Below are positions 42,277 through 52,877 of a DNA stretch of 64,000 nt, one piece after another. Position 1 is the stretch's first letter. Each line of letters begins with the position of its first letter. The stretch comes from a virus: IMG/VR virus record IMGVR_UViG_3300030419_006839, positions 32,001 to 96,000 of that record. One strand, written 5' to 3'. Under the pieces are notes generated by a model. It was not told the DNA's origin and did not search any database. It worked only from the letters and a program-made list of their open reading frames with translations. The position numbers and the translations under genes are program-made.

Positions 42277-42939
42277 ATGTTACTAGCGTTTTCAGGTAAA
42301 AAAGGTTCAGGTAAGTCAACTGCTTGCAAACTAACTCAGGAAATATTTCTTGAAGAAGGTTTAGGTTTAATAGAAATAAAAAGTTTTGCAGAACCTATCT
42401 ATAATTTAGTGTCCGAAATGTTAGGGGTTCCTGTTAGTTATATTAAAGAGCATAAAGATAATGGGCAACAGATACCTTTGCCTAAATTTTCTAAAGATCC
42501 TATAATTGATGAAGGTGGTAATCATTGGGTTTACAACCCAGTAAACTTTAGACAGATACTACAAACAATTGGTATGAATCTAAGAGAATCTGATGAGAGT
42601 GCTTGGCTGAATTGCTTGTTTGGAAGATTTGATGCCAAGTATCTCTATGATGTTCAGAATTCAATCTCTTGGGTCATTGAAGATTTGAGATTTGAAAATG
42701 AAATAAAAAGAATTAAAAATTTACAAGGTGTTGTCATTCGGGTAATGAGAGAAGACTTAATCTGCGATGATGAGAATATATCAGAAACTTCTTTGGATTC
42801 ATATCAGAGATATGATTTCATTGTCGCTAATGACGGTAGTATAGATCAGTTTAAGAAAAATATATCTGAAATTATACATCAAATTGTATTGTCTAAAAAT
42901 GATCCAGAATATGAAGCTAAAACACATTACTATTGGTAG
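42277..42939 (+). CDS. deoxynucleoside monophosphate kinase
   Basis: GKKGSGKST, SFAEPI, RQILQTIG, DLRFENE, SETSLD. Confidence 0.9.
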   Translation: MLLAFSGKKGSGKSTACKLTQEIFLEEGLGLIEIKSFAEPIYNLVSEMLGVPVSYIKEHKDNGQQIPLPKFSKDPIIDEGGNHWVYNPVNFRQILQTIGMNLRESDESAWLNCLFGRFDAKYLYDVQNSISWVIEDLRFENEIKRIKNLQGVVIRVMREDLICDDENISETSLDSYQRYDFIVANDGSIDQFKKNISEIIHQIVLSKNDPEYEAKTHYYW

Positions 42940-42948
42940 AGGTGATAT

Positions 42949-43305
42949 ATGTATGAATATAAAGCAAAGGTTGTTAAAGTTGTCGATGGAGATACTGTTG
43001 ATTTTCTCGTTGATCTTGGTTTCGACACATGGAAAAAAGTTAGAGCAAGATTGTACGGAATTAATGCTCCAGAAAGTCGTACAAGAGATCTTGAAGAAAA
43101 AAAACGAGGATTAGAATCTAAAAAATTTCTAACTGATACTTTATCTAATTTTGACAATGAATGTATTATTAAAAGCAGAGGGACAGGTAAGTATGGAAGA
43201 TGTTTAGCTGAAATATTTATCGAAGATTTTAATCCTGAAGTCAGTGTTAATCAGCAGATGGTTGATATTGGTTTAGCTGAAGAATATTTTGGTGGAAAAC
43301 GCTAA
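42949..43305 (+). CDS. thermonuclease (SNase-like)
   Basis: VVDGDT, RLYGINAPE, GKYGRCLA. Confidence 0.9.
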   Translation: MYEYKAKVVKVVDGDTVDFLVDLGFDTWKKVRARLYGINAPESRTRDLEEKKRGLESKKFLTDTLSNFDNECIIKSRGTGKYGRCLAEIFIEDFNPEVSVNQQMVDIGLAEEYFGGKR

Positions 43306-43336
43306 AGTTATCTAGAATTTGTCGATAATATATAGT
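43303..43336 (+). promoter_or_regulatory. class-1 sigma28-like promoter
   Basis: TAAA-N14-GTCGATAA TATATAGT. Confidence 0.7.
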
Positions 43337-43360
43337 AGAAGCAAAATAAATGGAGGAAAA

Positions 43361-43849
43361 ATGAACGTCTTCTACTTAGATCATAACACTGATGATTGTG
43401 CCAAGTATCATAATGATAAGCATTGTGTCAAGATGATACTTGAGTATGCACAATTATTATCTACTTGTCATAGGGTATTAGATGGAGATCAATGTATCGA
43501 CAAAGTATATAAAGCAACCCATAAGAATCATCCTTCTGCTATTTGGGCTAGAAGTAATTCCGAAAACTATAAGTGGTTGTATAAGCTTTTTTGTTCTCTA
43601 TCTAAGGAATACGAGTATCGTTATGATAGAAGTCACTTAAGTTTTGTCAAGTTAGAAAATGTATTAGTTAATCAACCTAAAAACATAGTTACAGGTAGTT
43701 TTAATCAACCAACACCAGCAATGCCTGAATACTGTAAGATTCCAAATAACTCATTAGCTTCTTACAGGAAATATTATATAAATGAGAAAAGCCATATTGC
43801 TTATTGGAAAAAAAGAGAAATACCTAGTTGGTATAAGGAGAACAAATGA
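43361..43849 (+). CDS. pyrimidine-dimer DNA glycosylase/endonuclease V-like protein
   Basis: MNVFYLD, DKHCVKMILEYAQLLST, HKNHPSAIW, EYEYRY. Confidence 0.8.
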   Translation: MNVFYLDHNTDDCAKYHNDKHCVKMILEYAQLLSTCHRVLDGDQCIDKVYKATHKNHPSAIWARSNSENYKWLYKLFCSLSKEYEYRYDRSHLSFVKLENVLVNQPKNIVTGSFNQPTPAMPEYCKIPNNSLASYRKYYINEKSHIAYWKKREIPSWYKENK

Positions 43850-44214
43850 AAAATTTCAAATTAAATACAATTATTGCTACTTCCGTTTCAAAATGTCAAG
43901 ATTTCTCTTGTCAGAAAGATATTGCATTGTCTGTTCATAATGCTATTAATGAACTTCATGTAAGTATTAGTACGTTGCATGAAATTTTTATTGAGTTCCC
44001 ATATATATCAAACTATGCAGATTTCACTAAGTTTAAAGGTCTAACTAAGTATATGTATTCTTGTTTATATAACTATGTAGTTCAGTGCGTTCGTGATACA
44101 CCACATCCAGGTAAATGGAAACATGATACGAAAAGTGATCGTGTAGATAAAATTATTAAATTTAATAGTTCCGATTGGTTAAACAATTCTGAATCAATAG
44201 GAGATAGTAATTGA
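43846..44214 (+). CDS. hypothetical protein
   Basis: ORF with RBS. Confidence 0.5.
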   Translation: MKNFKLNTIIATSVSKCQDFSCQKDIALSVHNAINELHVSISTLHEIFIEFPYISNYADFTKFKGLTKYMYSCLYNYVVQCVRDTPHPGKWKHDTKSDRVDKIIKFNSSDWLNNSESIGDSN

Positions 44215-44534
44215 AAAGTGTTAAAGAAAACAAAAGGGAGAATGAAAGATTAACTAGGATTGCTATGATAATATTTATTATTCTTTCTATCTTAGTTGTT
44301 TTTTTAGCAGGTTGTTCTAATGATGGGGAGATTTATTATAATAGTTGGTCTACTAGCATACAATCATTAGATAGATCTAATGATCTTACTTTTGATGAAT
44401 CCATACATCAAGAGTGCAATGGTAGACATTATGTAGACCCTTACACAAAAATTGAATATTGTTTACCAGAAAATTTTACAAACTATAAAAATATACACAT
44501 ATATAAAATAGGAGAAAAGAATGTTCTTAAATAA
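44211..44534 (+). CDS. putative lipoprotein
   Basis: LAGC lipobox. Confidence 0.55.
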   Translation: MKSVKENKRENERLTRIAMIIFIILSILVVFLAGCSNDGEIYYNSWSTSIQSLDRSNDLTFDESIHQECNGRHYVDPYTKIEYCLPENFTNYKNIHIYKIGEKNVLK

Positions 44535-44805
44535 TCACTCTAGAAAAATTATTAATCGAATGGGCTTAAATGTTTGTGATAAAACTGGAGTCGTATTAAG
44601 TCCAGGAAAATTTGAAAATGAAATGTATTATGTTCCAGTTTTTTGGAATTATTATTTAGAAGGATCTTATGATGAGTTGCTAGAAGATGTTGTTTTTTTC
44701 AAACTTAATTATGATGACATTTCAAACTTTCCAGAATTGAAAGGTTTTGAAAAGTTTATATTAACTGTTTCTGAGCAAGGATTTGTTTCTGGGAGAATAG
44801 TGTAA
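44521..44805 (+). CDS. conserved phage hypothetical protein
   Basis: SPGKFENE...YVP.FW...SEQGFV pattern. Confidence 0.55.
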   Translation: MFLNNHSRKIINRMGLNVCDKTGVVLSPGKFENEMYYVPVFWNYYLEGSYDELLEDVVFFKLNYDDISNFPELKGFEKFILTVSEQGFVSGRIV

Positions 44806-44920
44806 TTGAAAGTAACTCCAGAAATTTTATATGTTTGGATTGCAATATTAGCTTTCTGCTTTTCTTGCTGGTATTTTGCAATTAAATTTATAATTAAAAT
44901 ATTTAATTGGGTGTTTTAAT

Positions 44921-45388
44921 ATGACTAAAGAATTGCAAGAAGAAGTTGATCAAGCAGAAAATGATCATGAATTAATTTTACTTCTCAAAACTGAAGTAGA
45001 AAAACTTACTAATGAAATAGAAAAAACTGAACGACATTTAGAGGATTCTTTAAGTGAACATCACGAAACAGCAGAGCAGTTAGCTTTACATGAAAAACTA
45101 TCTGCTCAACAAACTCTATTGAAACATGTATTTTATGGAGTACTATCTCTAGTTCTAGGTATGTGGAGTTTAGTCTTTGTGGGTTGGTTTACTGGACAAG
45201 AAGCTATTGAACGTGAAATGGCTTTCTTTGAAAGGATAATTCTTGTTTTCATAGGAATCGTTGGAGGTGCAGTTTCAAGTTTCTTTGATGTTAGAAATTT
45301 TGCCCTAAATAGGGATGGTAATGGTAATGGAAACTCTAATGGTAATGGGAATGGGAATGGAAAAAAAAGAATGAATGATACTGACTAG
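44921..45388 (+). CDS. coiled-coil + 2 TM membrane protein with (NG)n tail
   Basis: Two hydrophobic helices; GNGNGN repeat. Confidence 0.6.
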   Translation: MTKELQEEVDQAENDHELILLLKTEVEKLTNEIEKTERHLEDSLSEHHETAEQLALHEKLSAQQTLLKHVFYGVLSLVLGMWSLVFVGWFTGQEAIEREMAFFERIILVFIGIVGGAVSSFFDVRNFALNRDGNGNGNSNGNGNGNGKKRMNDTD

Positions 45389-45846
45389 TTAGGAGGTTAT
45401 ATGTTGAAAGGAATTAGGACTATAATTCAAGTTTACTTGTGTGTCGCTTTTTGGATCATAATGAATGCAATTGCAATCCCTCTTGCATTCATACTTAATT
45501 GCATTCAAGATCTGTTGTGGTTAATTTCTCCTAAGTTAACTCTATGGTTTAATCGAGGTGTTATAGCTGTTTACTCTAAGTTAGTTAAGGAGGATGAGGA
45601 GGACGATGAGTAGGCATCATTCAAAATATGTCAGCAACCAAGAAGTTATACATAAATGTTTAGTTACTTACGTTGAAGTACTTTCAAACATGCCATTCTC
45701 TTGGTATGTCGATAGAGTTAGTGAAAGTGTTTGTCGTAAGGGATATATGATTGATAGAGGTGAAATTATCAAAACGATTGAACACTTCTTAAAAGATAAA
45801 ATAAAAATTTGTCCTCATTGTTATAACGGACTAGGAGGTTAGGTAT

Positions 45847-46086
45847 ATGCCAATTTATGAATATAAATGCCCTGATTGTGGGGAAACTTTTGAAGCATTA
45901 CAATCCATCAATGATGAACCATTAGATGAATGCGAATTGTGTGGAGGTGAAAACGTTAAGAAAATAATGTCAAAGTCAAATTGGAAAATGGCCGTGCATT
46001 GGTGGGATGATTCTTATACTCCTACTGGTACACCTGCTCAAAATAATCGTAATAGAAACACCATTGAGGAGTTTGCCGATGCATAA
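45847..46086 (+). CDS. FmdB-family zinc-ribbon protein
   Basis: MPIYEYKCPDCG...CELCG. Confidence 0.85.
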   Translation: MPIYEYKCPDCGETFEALQSINDEPLDECELCGGENVKKIMSKSNWKMAVHWWDDSYTPTGTPAQNNRNRNTIEEFADA

Positions 46087-46585
46087 TTCTTCTAGTGTTT
46101 CTAAACAAATAAAGGAAATACAAAGTCAAGATACTTCTATGTTTCGTACTTTTGTTTTCGATATTGATGGTACTATTTTTAAACATAAGAGTAATGATGA
46201 TTTAGACCAAGTTTGTGTCAAGTTAATTAAAGCTAAAGATAAATTACCTAAGCATCTTCAAGACTTTATGAGATCTCCTCCTGAGTATCTTCAAGAGGAG
46301 ATACTCGATGGGGTTAAAGAGTTTTGGTTGAATTATCTTCATTCAAATGATACCATTATACTTACTTCCGCTAGATTGGAACGACATCGACTACAGACCG
46401 AAATTATGCTAAACTTTTGGGGGCTTCGGTTTGATCATCTCATTCTAGGTATTCCTAGTGGTGTTCGATATTTATTTAATGACATTGATCCTAAAAAGCC
46501 AGGATTAGAAAAGGCTGTTGCTATTAATTTAAAACGTAATGAAGGTCTTACGCCTAGATCTTACGATGTGAGGTACGATGATTAA
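46079..46585 (+). CDS. HAD-superfamily phosphatase-like protein
   Basis: FVFDIDGT, LTSAR, RYLFND. Confidence 0.75.
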   Translation: MHNSSSVSKQIKEIQSQDTSMFRTFVFDIDGTIFKHKSNDDLDQVCVKLIKAKDKLPKHLQDFMRSPPEYLQEEILDGVKEFWLNYLHSNDTIILTSARLERHRLQTEIMLNFWGLRFDHLILGIPSGVRYLFNDIDPKKPGLEKAVAINLKRNEGLTPRSYDVRYDD

Positions 46586-46811
46586 AGAAAAAAAAGGTAT
46601 GGATTTCTTTCTCCTTCAAGCTGCTAAAAAGAGATTTGAAGGGGATTTGTTAACTTATAACGCTAACCTCAACGTATTGTTGAGTAACCCTGCTGGTATT
46701 GGTGAACACTCCGACATTGTAGGCGAGGTCTGTAAACTCATTCAACATGCTCATGATGCCAAAGGTTGTCTTGAAATTGTTGATGCTTACATCGAGGAAC
46801 ATAATTATTAA
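46578..46811 (+). CDS. conserved phage protein
   Basis: NPAGIGEHSDI motif. Confidence 0.6.
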   Translation: MIKEKKGMDFFLLQAAKKRFEGDLLTYNANLNVLLSNPAGIGEHSDIVGEVCKLIQHAHDAKGCLEIVDAYIEEHNY

Positions 46812-46856
46812 TGAGATCAAAGTGAAATTTGCCTTGAAGGAGGAAGTTTCTTAAGT

Positions 46857-47189
46857 GTGAAAAACAATAGTCGCAAAGAACAATTACGTTCGATGGGTAC
46901 AAGGTATAATCTAAAATCTAATGGTGATTGGAAATACTTTAGGCTTAGACTTAAACCTCACATATTTAATTGGATTTACAAACTAGCCATCGAACAAGAT
47001 GTGTCAATTAATAGAATGATTAATGAACTGTTTGAAACACAAATGAAATTCATGGGATATGTTGCAGATGATGGAGAAGTTATGACTGATCCTCAAGAGG
47101 TCGCTCGACAACTTACTCACGATACTATAACTGATTCCATGAATAACTATTTATCAATGTTAGAAGAACGTAAAAATAAAGAGGTATGA
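46857..47189 (+). CDS. ribbon-helix-helix DNA-binding protein
   Basis: FRLRL...LAIEQDVSINRMI. Confidence 0.6.
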   Translation: MKNNSRKEQLRSMGTRYNLKSNGDWKYFRLRLKPHIFNWIYKLAIEQDVSINRMINELFETQMKFMGYVADDGEVMTDPQEVARQLTHDTITDSMNNYLSMLEERKNKEV

Positions 47190-47782
47190 ATATGAACCAA
47201 GAAAATAAAACAACTACTGCTGAAGAAGTTAAAGCTACGAAACCAAAACGAACTCGTAAGAAAACTCCAAAGAAGTCTGAATTTGAAACTTGCATGGATC
47301 ATGTATTTGAAAATGAGGGAATACTCTCAGACGATCCTGTTGATCGAGGTGGATTAACTAAGTATGGAGTAACAATTTCGACATATAAAAAATATTGGAA
47401 AGATAAAGGCGAAGAGAAAACTGAAGATGATTTGAGAAAAGCCACTAAAGCCGAAGTTCTAGAAATCTATAGGAAAAACTTTTGGGAACCAAGTAGAGTA
47501 GAACAACTACCAAAAGAAATTAGAATGACATATTTCGATATGGTTGTTAATCATGGACAAGGAAATGCCGTTAGAATATTACAAAAAGCCATCAATCTTG
47601 GTAGAATCTCCCTTATCTCAGAAGATGGTTTAATTGGAAAAAACACAATCAGTCACGCTAAGAAGGTCAGTCGAGATAAGTTACAAGCTTCTAGAGCGTT
47701 ATTCTATGCGAATTTGATTGCTCGTAGACCTCAACAGGAGAAATTTTGGCTAGGATGGTATAGACGTTGCAAAAACACTTGA
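47186..47782 (+). CDS. endolysin, glycoside hydrolase family 108 + peptidoglycan-binding domain
   Basis: EG...DPVDRGGLTKYGVT, FDMVVNHG, DGLIGKNT, FWLGW..R. Confidence 0.9.
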   Translation: MNMNQENKTTTAEEVKATKPKRTRKKTPKKSEFETCMDHVFENEGILSDDPVDRGGLTKYGVTISTYKKYWKDKGEEKTEDDLRKATKAEVLEIYRKNFWEPSRVEQLPKEIRMTYFDMVVNHGQGNAVRILQKAINLGRISLISEDGLIGKNTISHAKKVSRDKLQASRALFYANLIARRPQQEKFWLGWYRRCKNT

Positions 47783-47800
47783 TAACGAGTAACTAAACCT

Positions 47801-47901
47801 GCTAATCAGTTATTATTTCTCGATAGCTGGTTAGTAACTGAGCCTATTTGCGTGATCAGTTACGGTTTTATGCTGTAATGCTCATGTAAATGGGCTTTTT
47901 T
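47801..47901 (+). terminator. double long-hairpin terminator / structured 3' RNA
   Basis: 13-bp and 15+7-bp stems rich in G-U pairs, followed by a U-run. Confidence 0.7.
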
Positions 47902-47910
47902 GTTGCCTTG

Positions 47911-48007
47911 AAAAAGAAATGACACAAAGTGTGACGTAAATTTGGGCCAAAAAAGAAAAAACACAAAGTGTGACAAAACTTTTGAGAGTAAAGTGAGATC
48001 AAAATTG
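47911..48007. repeat. direct repeats AAAAGAAA-N2-ACACAAAGTGTGAC (2 copies + 1 degenerate)
   Basis: 47911-47935 and 47950-47974; AAAGTGAGATC near 47990. Confidence 0.7.
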
Positions 48008-48305
48008 CGAGGTGATAACTATTGGGACTAAGAAGACTCTGCGGTGAAAACTAAGCTATGACTGAACTTAACTGGTTATGACTGATAACCTTGTGGAGAA
48101 AAAAGATATTTAATTACACCTTAGTAAGAATTTATAAAAACTCTTTAGTAAAACAACTCCGAAAGACTTTAAACTTTCAAGTTTAATAGACGCATACAAA
48201 ATCAAAAGGTTTAGACTAAATAACAATTTTTTAAAACTTTTTTTATTCCCTGGAGTGCTGGACTGCGAGATCGGTCATTGATGTCATTAGACTCCTCAGT
48301 TAAGA

Positions 48306-48485
48306 TCAGTTATCATCCAGGAGTCTACGTAAGTCCCTCTTAGATCTCATACGATCATATTTTTTCTTGGATTTTAACCGAATTGCACCAGGAGCAATCG
48401 GATGCCTAACCTTTACGCCTGGATTGCTAGACTCAGTAACTGATAGTGATCGGACTGCTTGCTTTTTTCGTTTAGTTCTTTTCAT
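48306..48485 (-). CDS. small basic protein, possibly ribosome-binding (ArfA-like)
   Basis: GGGGG RBS; RHPIAP...KSKKKYDR. Confidence 0.5.
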   Translation of the reverse strand: MKRTKRKKQAVRSLSVTESSNPGVKVRHPIAPGAIRLKSKKKYDRMRSKRDLRRLLDDN

Positions 48486-48605
48486 TTTTTTTAACCCCCT
48501 GTTTTCTGAGAAATCGGTAACTGAGAAATATGCCTTTTTTGGGCTGGACTGCTGGAGTGCTTGGGCTGGAGTGTTAATGTCCCCAAATACATTGAACATT
48601 CGTTA

Positions 48606-50390
48606 TCATAATACATAAAATTCCCCGTCATCGTCATACCATGATGTGTTGTCATTAGTTATAATATTTCTATTTAAAAGCTCTTCTCTGACTTCATGTA
48701 AGCAGAACCCATTAAAAGGATCAAGGCTATCCCCCTTAAGGATAACCTTTTCAGCAAGTGATTTAATTTTACCAGAAAAGGAAAATACTGGAATTGTCTC
48801 AATGTGTTTAATGCATTTCATAATTTTCCCTACTAAAATCCCATGTTTTATCTATGATTAGTTCTTTATACCATTGATCTATGTCAGATGGATGATCTGA
48901 TTCAAACATATAATGAGCGAGAATATCAATTAATTCTTCTCCATTATAGGAATCTATTTCAAATTTCGCTAATGCTTTAGCTTTTCCCCACGTATCTAAC
49001 TTGATTCCCACTTTATATCCTCCTGATTGAAATATTCTCTGGATGTTTCAAGAAAATAATAAATCATATTCCAATCGTCTTGTTTAATTTCATTACCATT
49101 TTCTAATTCTTGAATTAAACAATGTACGCTATTAGCTATGTCTCCAAGACCAAATAAGGTAGTTCCACCTAACATAATTCCCACTTTATAGCCTCCTGAA
49201 TACGTTTTACTTTATCTGGGTCTACATTATTGTTTGTAATTACAGTTGATTTTTCAACTAATTCTGGATATGCGTATAATGCTTTCTTCCATATTGCTTC
49301 AACTAAGAAATCTTCTTCCTCTACGAACTCTTTAGTAGACTGATAGATACAAACGGTGTCTGATATATTATGGTAAATTTCCCAAGCATCTATATCATCA
49401 AAGTACCTTATATCCTTTGATGAATACGATCCATAGTTTAGTATTATCTTGACGCTAATTCCGTCATCTTTTCCAATAGCCATCTGTCTAAGATGTTCTA
49501 CTGATTTTATTGGTATATACTCTGGCATCTATATTTCCTCCTTCAGTAAATTAAGTCTATGTCTTATGATAGAAAATACATCCTTAGTAAAATCACACTT
49601 ACTTATTGGATCATCAGTCAGTAATTTGATAACAGTTTCCGTAGAAACTATGTCAAAGTATTTAAGTAAATCTTCTTCTATTTCCGTTCCTACTTTTGCA
49701 ATTTGGTATTTTGTAAAGGGAATACCTCCAGCCATTTCAATCTACCTCCTCTAAAAAATATTCCTTAACATCTTCTATATTAGATATTACATACCTTATA
49801 CACCATCCAGCTATTTCAATATCATCCCATTCTTCTGGAAAAACATAATCATAATTTTTTAATAACTCATCCATTTCTCTTTTCATTGATATCCTTTCTT
49901 GGTATAATCATACCTGTTTTTGCATCAATAAACCAGAAATCATCTTCACTTATTTCTTTAAAGCCCTGCGGTTTTCCTTGACTTCCTGTGTATTCCTCTA
50001 TCTCGATTATTTCATTTTCTTTATAATCTTCTTCAAAAGGTATTGATTCTGAATAGTTATGTAAAAAGTTAAGAATACTATCTTCAGTTAATTCTTCTCC
50101 ATTTGTTTCAATATACTGAACAGTAAAAAATGGAACTTTATACCAAATATCAACCCTATATTTCATTGTATCTCTCCTGTAACTTTTTGCAGATTAATTG
50201 GACAACCCCTTATTCCATACAGTTCAGAAAAATAATCATCTATGAAATTACGGCAAGATTCAAAAATGTCAGTCTTTATATCATCTTCTCCATATAAACC
50301 TTCTATATCTTCAAGTAGAAAGTATAGTTTTACAATAATGGTTGATTTAACTTCTTCCTTAACCTCTTTACTTTCTAATTGTAAACTCAT
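48606..50390 (-). CDS. operon of about 8 small hypothetical genes (48606-48821, 48808-49011, 48996-49184, 49169-49528, 49529-49735, 49867-50166, 50163-50390 and probably one shorter)
   Basis: Coupled ORFs with AGGAG-type RBSs. Confidence 0.6.
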
Positions 50391-50435
50391 ACATAAACCC
50401 CTTAAAGAAAGGGGGAAATTAATCCCCCAATTGTG

Positions 50436-50813
50436 TTAGATTCTTACTTGTTTCTGTCCACCATAAATACGAACAGCTTGTTTTGTAGCATCTTTTTCTG
50501 ACAAACCTTGTAGCATCAACAATTCTTGTACAGCTTTTGCCTTTGCTATTTCAGGATTTGCCACTCTTAACGCTTCTTTACCAGAACTGTAGAATGTTCC
50601 ATCTTGTTTTGGTGTTTGCATTCTATAATTACTTGGTGAAACTCCAACTAAACTATTAAAGGTTCTGCGATTAACAGCATCAACTTCCTCAACACCACCA
50701 ATACGAAATAGAAAGTCATTAAAAGATCGACTAATTTGCTTTTGAGTTTCAATAGCGGTTACAGGTGTTTGGAATTGATTGGTTACTACGTTGCTGTTAG
50801 TTACATATGTCAT
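50436..50813 (-). CDS. hypothetical early protein
   Basis: AGGAG RBS, own class-1 promoter, GGGGGA/TCCCCC hairpin downstream. Confidence 0.65.
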   Translation of the reverse strand: MTYVTNSNVVTNQFQTPVTAIETQKQISRSFNDFLFRIGGVEEVDAVNRRTFNSLVGVSPSNYRMQTPKQDGTFYSSGKEALRVANPEIAKAKAVQELLMLQGLSEKDATKQAVRIYGGQKQVRI

Positions 50814-51101
50814 ATCAAAATCTCCTATGCCTTATTTGGCATTAATTGTTTAGTGTGTAGGAACAACCTTTGCTCCTACTATATAATATCGACAGTTTCG
50901 AGAAAACTTTAGCGTTTTTTTAAAATTATTTTCAATGATGCGAAAATTCCTACCAAACTCCACCAACTTACAGCAGATAGGAAAATGATAACGATTGCCA
51001 CAATTCCATATGCGACAATTTTAAGCAAGAAATCAAACACATTGTTACTACTCCTTTATTATATAATATCGACAGTTTTGAGAAAACTTTAGAGAAAAAT
51101 A

Positions 51102-51971
51102 TTATAAATCTTCTCTAATTCCAACCATAACAGGAAATCTTGGATAACCATCATCTGTTATTTCTTGATACTTTACAGTTGCAAGTTTTCCAATGTGGTC
51201 ATCTTTATTTTTCCAGTATTCTTTTAATTCCTCCTTTGTTACGGATGGTCTAACCCTAAAGCTAACTTTTCCATCTGTAACTAAAAATGATCCTAAAACA
51301 TTAGGATGGTTATTTTGTTCTACTGCATCGAGTATAGTATATTCGGAATCCTTGAAATATTTATACTTAAAAAGTTGATTACTTCGTTTGTTCTCATATG
51401 GTAAGTTGTCAATTCTTACCATTAAACCCTCATATCCACATTCTATAAAGTCTTGACAATATTTGTCAAACATTTGTAAACCCTTATACGATATATGACC
51501 TAAACTTATTGTCTCTACCGTTTTAATATAAGGACTTATAGATACAGGATGTGTATAAGCTAAACGACTAATTTCTCTTTTCCTGTTACTGAAACTAGAA
51601 TCCATAACAACGTCAAAAACATGAAACTGTATTTCTTTATGGTTGTCATGTAAATTTTTAGTTCGTGAAACAATACTATTTATCTCTGAAAATGTTAATG
51701 ATTCATTGAATAGTTCACCGTCTAACCACTCTAAAGAACGGAATGTGCTTAATTTACCAACTTTAATTAATTCTTGATGTAAATGTGGACAACTTGTAAC
51801 CTCTTTTCCTGAACGTTTGAACATCTTACCATTTTTTAAATTACCAACGACTCTCACACCGTCAAGTTTTGGTTGGACAAACATTTCATGTTGATTGTGT
51901 TCTGTATAACTATTGACTTTTTTACGACTTGATTTATCAGACAAGTCGTGAGCCAACATTGGTTTAATCAT
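51102..51971 (-). CDS. lig: ATP-dependent DNA ligase
   Basis: KPMLA, QPKLDGVR, LDGEL, FHVFD, GYEGLMVR, KRS...KYK, PRFP. Confidence 0.93.
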   Translation of the reverse strand: MIKPMLAHDLSDKSSRKKVNSYTEHNQHEMFVQPKLDGVRVVGNLKNGKMFKRSGKEVTSCPHLHQELIKVGKLSTFRSLEWLDGELFNESLTFSEINSIVSRTKNLHDNHKEIQFHVFDVVMDSSFSNRKREISRLAYTHPVSISPYIKTVETISLGHISYKGLQMFDKYCQDFIECGYEGLMVRIDNLPYENKRSNQLFKYKYFKDSEYTILDAVEQNNHPNVLGSFLVTDGKVSFRVRPSVTKEELKEYWKNKDDHIGKLATVKYQEITDDGYPRFPVMVGIREDL

Positions 51972-52132
51972 TTTTTTCTCCTTCGTCCTATACTATATAA
52001 TATCGACAATTTTGAGAAAACTTTAGCCCTTTTTTGAAAAAAAACCACTTTTTTTTAAATTTATTTTTTCTGGCAATATAGTATTTTTCTTTGATTGGGA
52101 TGGTTGATGGCGTGGGGGCCATTGCGAGGATG

Positions 52133-52426
52133 TTAATCCTCGACAATTTTGTTATAGATTTGATCTACCTTTTCAATTAATAGATTTAGTTTGTGATTTT
52201 CTATACGTTTTAATTCTTCTTGCACATTTCCTACATACTTAGCCTGTAGTTCTTCAATCATATATTCCATACATCCCATAGCATCTAATAATAAAACAAA
52301 ATTATTCATTACTTTTTTTTCAAAGCTTAAATTTGTTTTATCTTTTAATTCTCTGTTTTGTTTTCTTATTTGCCATAGGTCATATACTTCTTGATCTTCT
52401 TTAGATGGTATTGTGTCATTATTCAT
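52133..52426 (-). CDS. hypothetical protein
   Basis: AGGAG RBS. Confidence 0.55.
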   Translation of the reverse strand: MNNDTIPSKEDQEVYDLWQIRKQNRELKDKTNLSFEKKVMNNFVLLLDAMGCMEYMIEELQAKYVGNVQEELKRIENHKLNLLIEKVDQIYNKIVED

Positions 52427-52436
52427 TATTGACTCC

Positions 52437-52877
52437 TTAAGCTGTTGGATATTGTTGAAAAAAGTTAATTTCTAATTGTTTATAATCACCATTAGCTTCC
52501 TTTTTTTTGATCCACTCTTGTTCTTCATTAACAATTTCTGCTATTTTTTCTAAAAATTCTAAGTTATTAAACATATGCGGTTGTTCATATATTGATATAT
52601 TATTTATTTCAATTGGTTTATAACCTTGTAGGTTGATTGTTACATCAACGGAACTAATCGTGCAATCATCATGTTGATGACCGTAATAATTAAATTCTTC
52701 CATAGTAAACATATCTTCGTCAAAATAGTCTATTTCAGGTAAAAAATCTTCAATCTCAAAAGAATCATTGCATTCTAAAGTTCCAGAAACAAGGCTTGAA
52801 ACCTCTGTTCTAAAATGGACTTTATTAATAGTAATGTCTTTAGCACTAATTTCTTGTTTTAATTTTAAATTATCCAT
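52437..52877 (-). CDS. acidic hypothetical protein
   Basis: Coupled ORF. Confidence 0.55.
   Translation of the reverse strand: MDNLKLKQEISAKDITINKVHFRTEVSSLVSGTLECNDSFEIEDFLPEIDYFDEDMFTMEEFNYYGHQHDDCTISSVDVTINLQGYKPIEINNISIYEQPHMFNNLEFLEKIAEIVNEEQEWIKKKEANGDYKQLEINFFQQYPTA

Noticed and set aside
45313-45362. GGTAAT/GGGAAT tandem repeat as a phase-variable tract
   Set aside because: In-frame degenerate hexamer encoding a Gly-Asn low-complexity tail
48250-48573. CTGGAGTG as the E. coli Chi site
   Set aside because: Does not match GCTGGTGG and the host Chi is unknown; kept only as an unexplained motif
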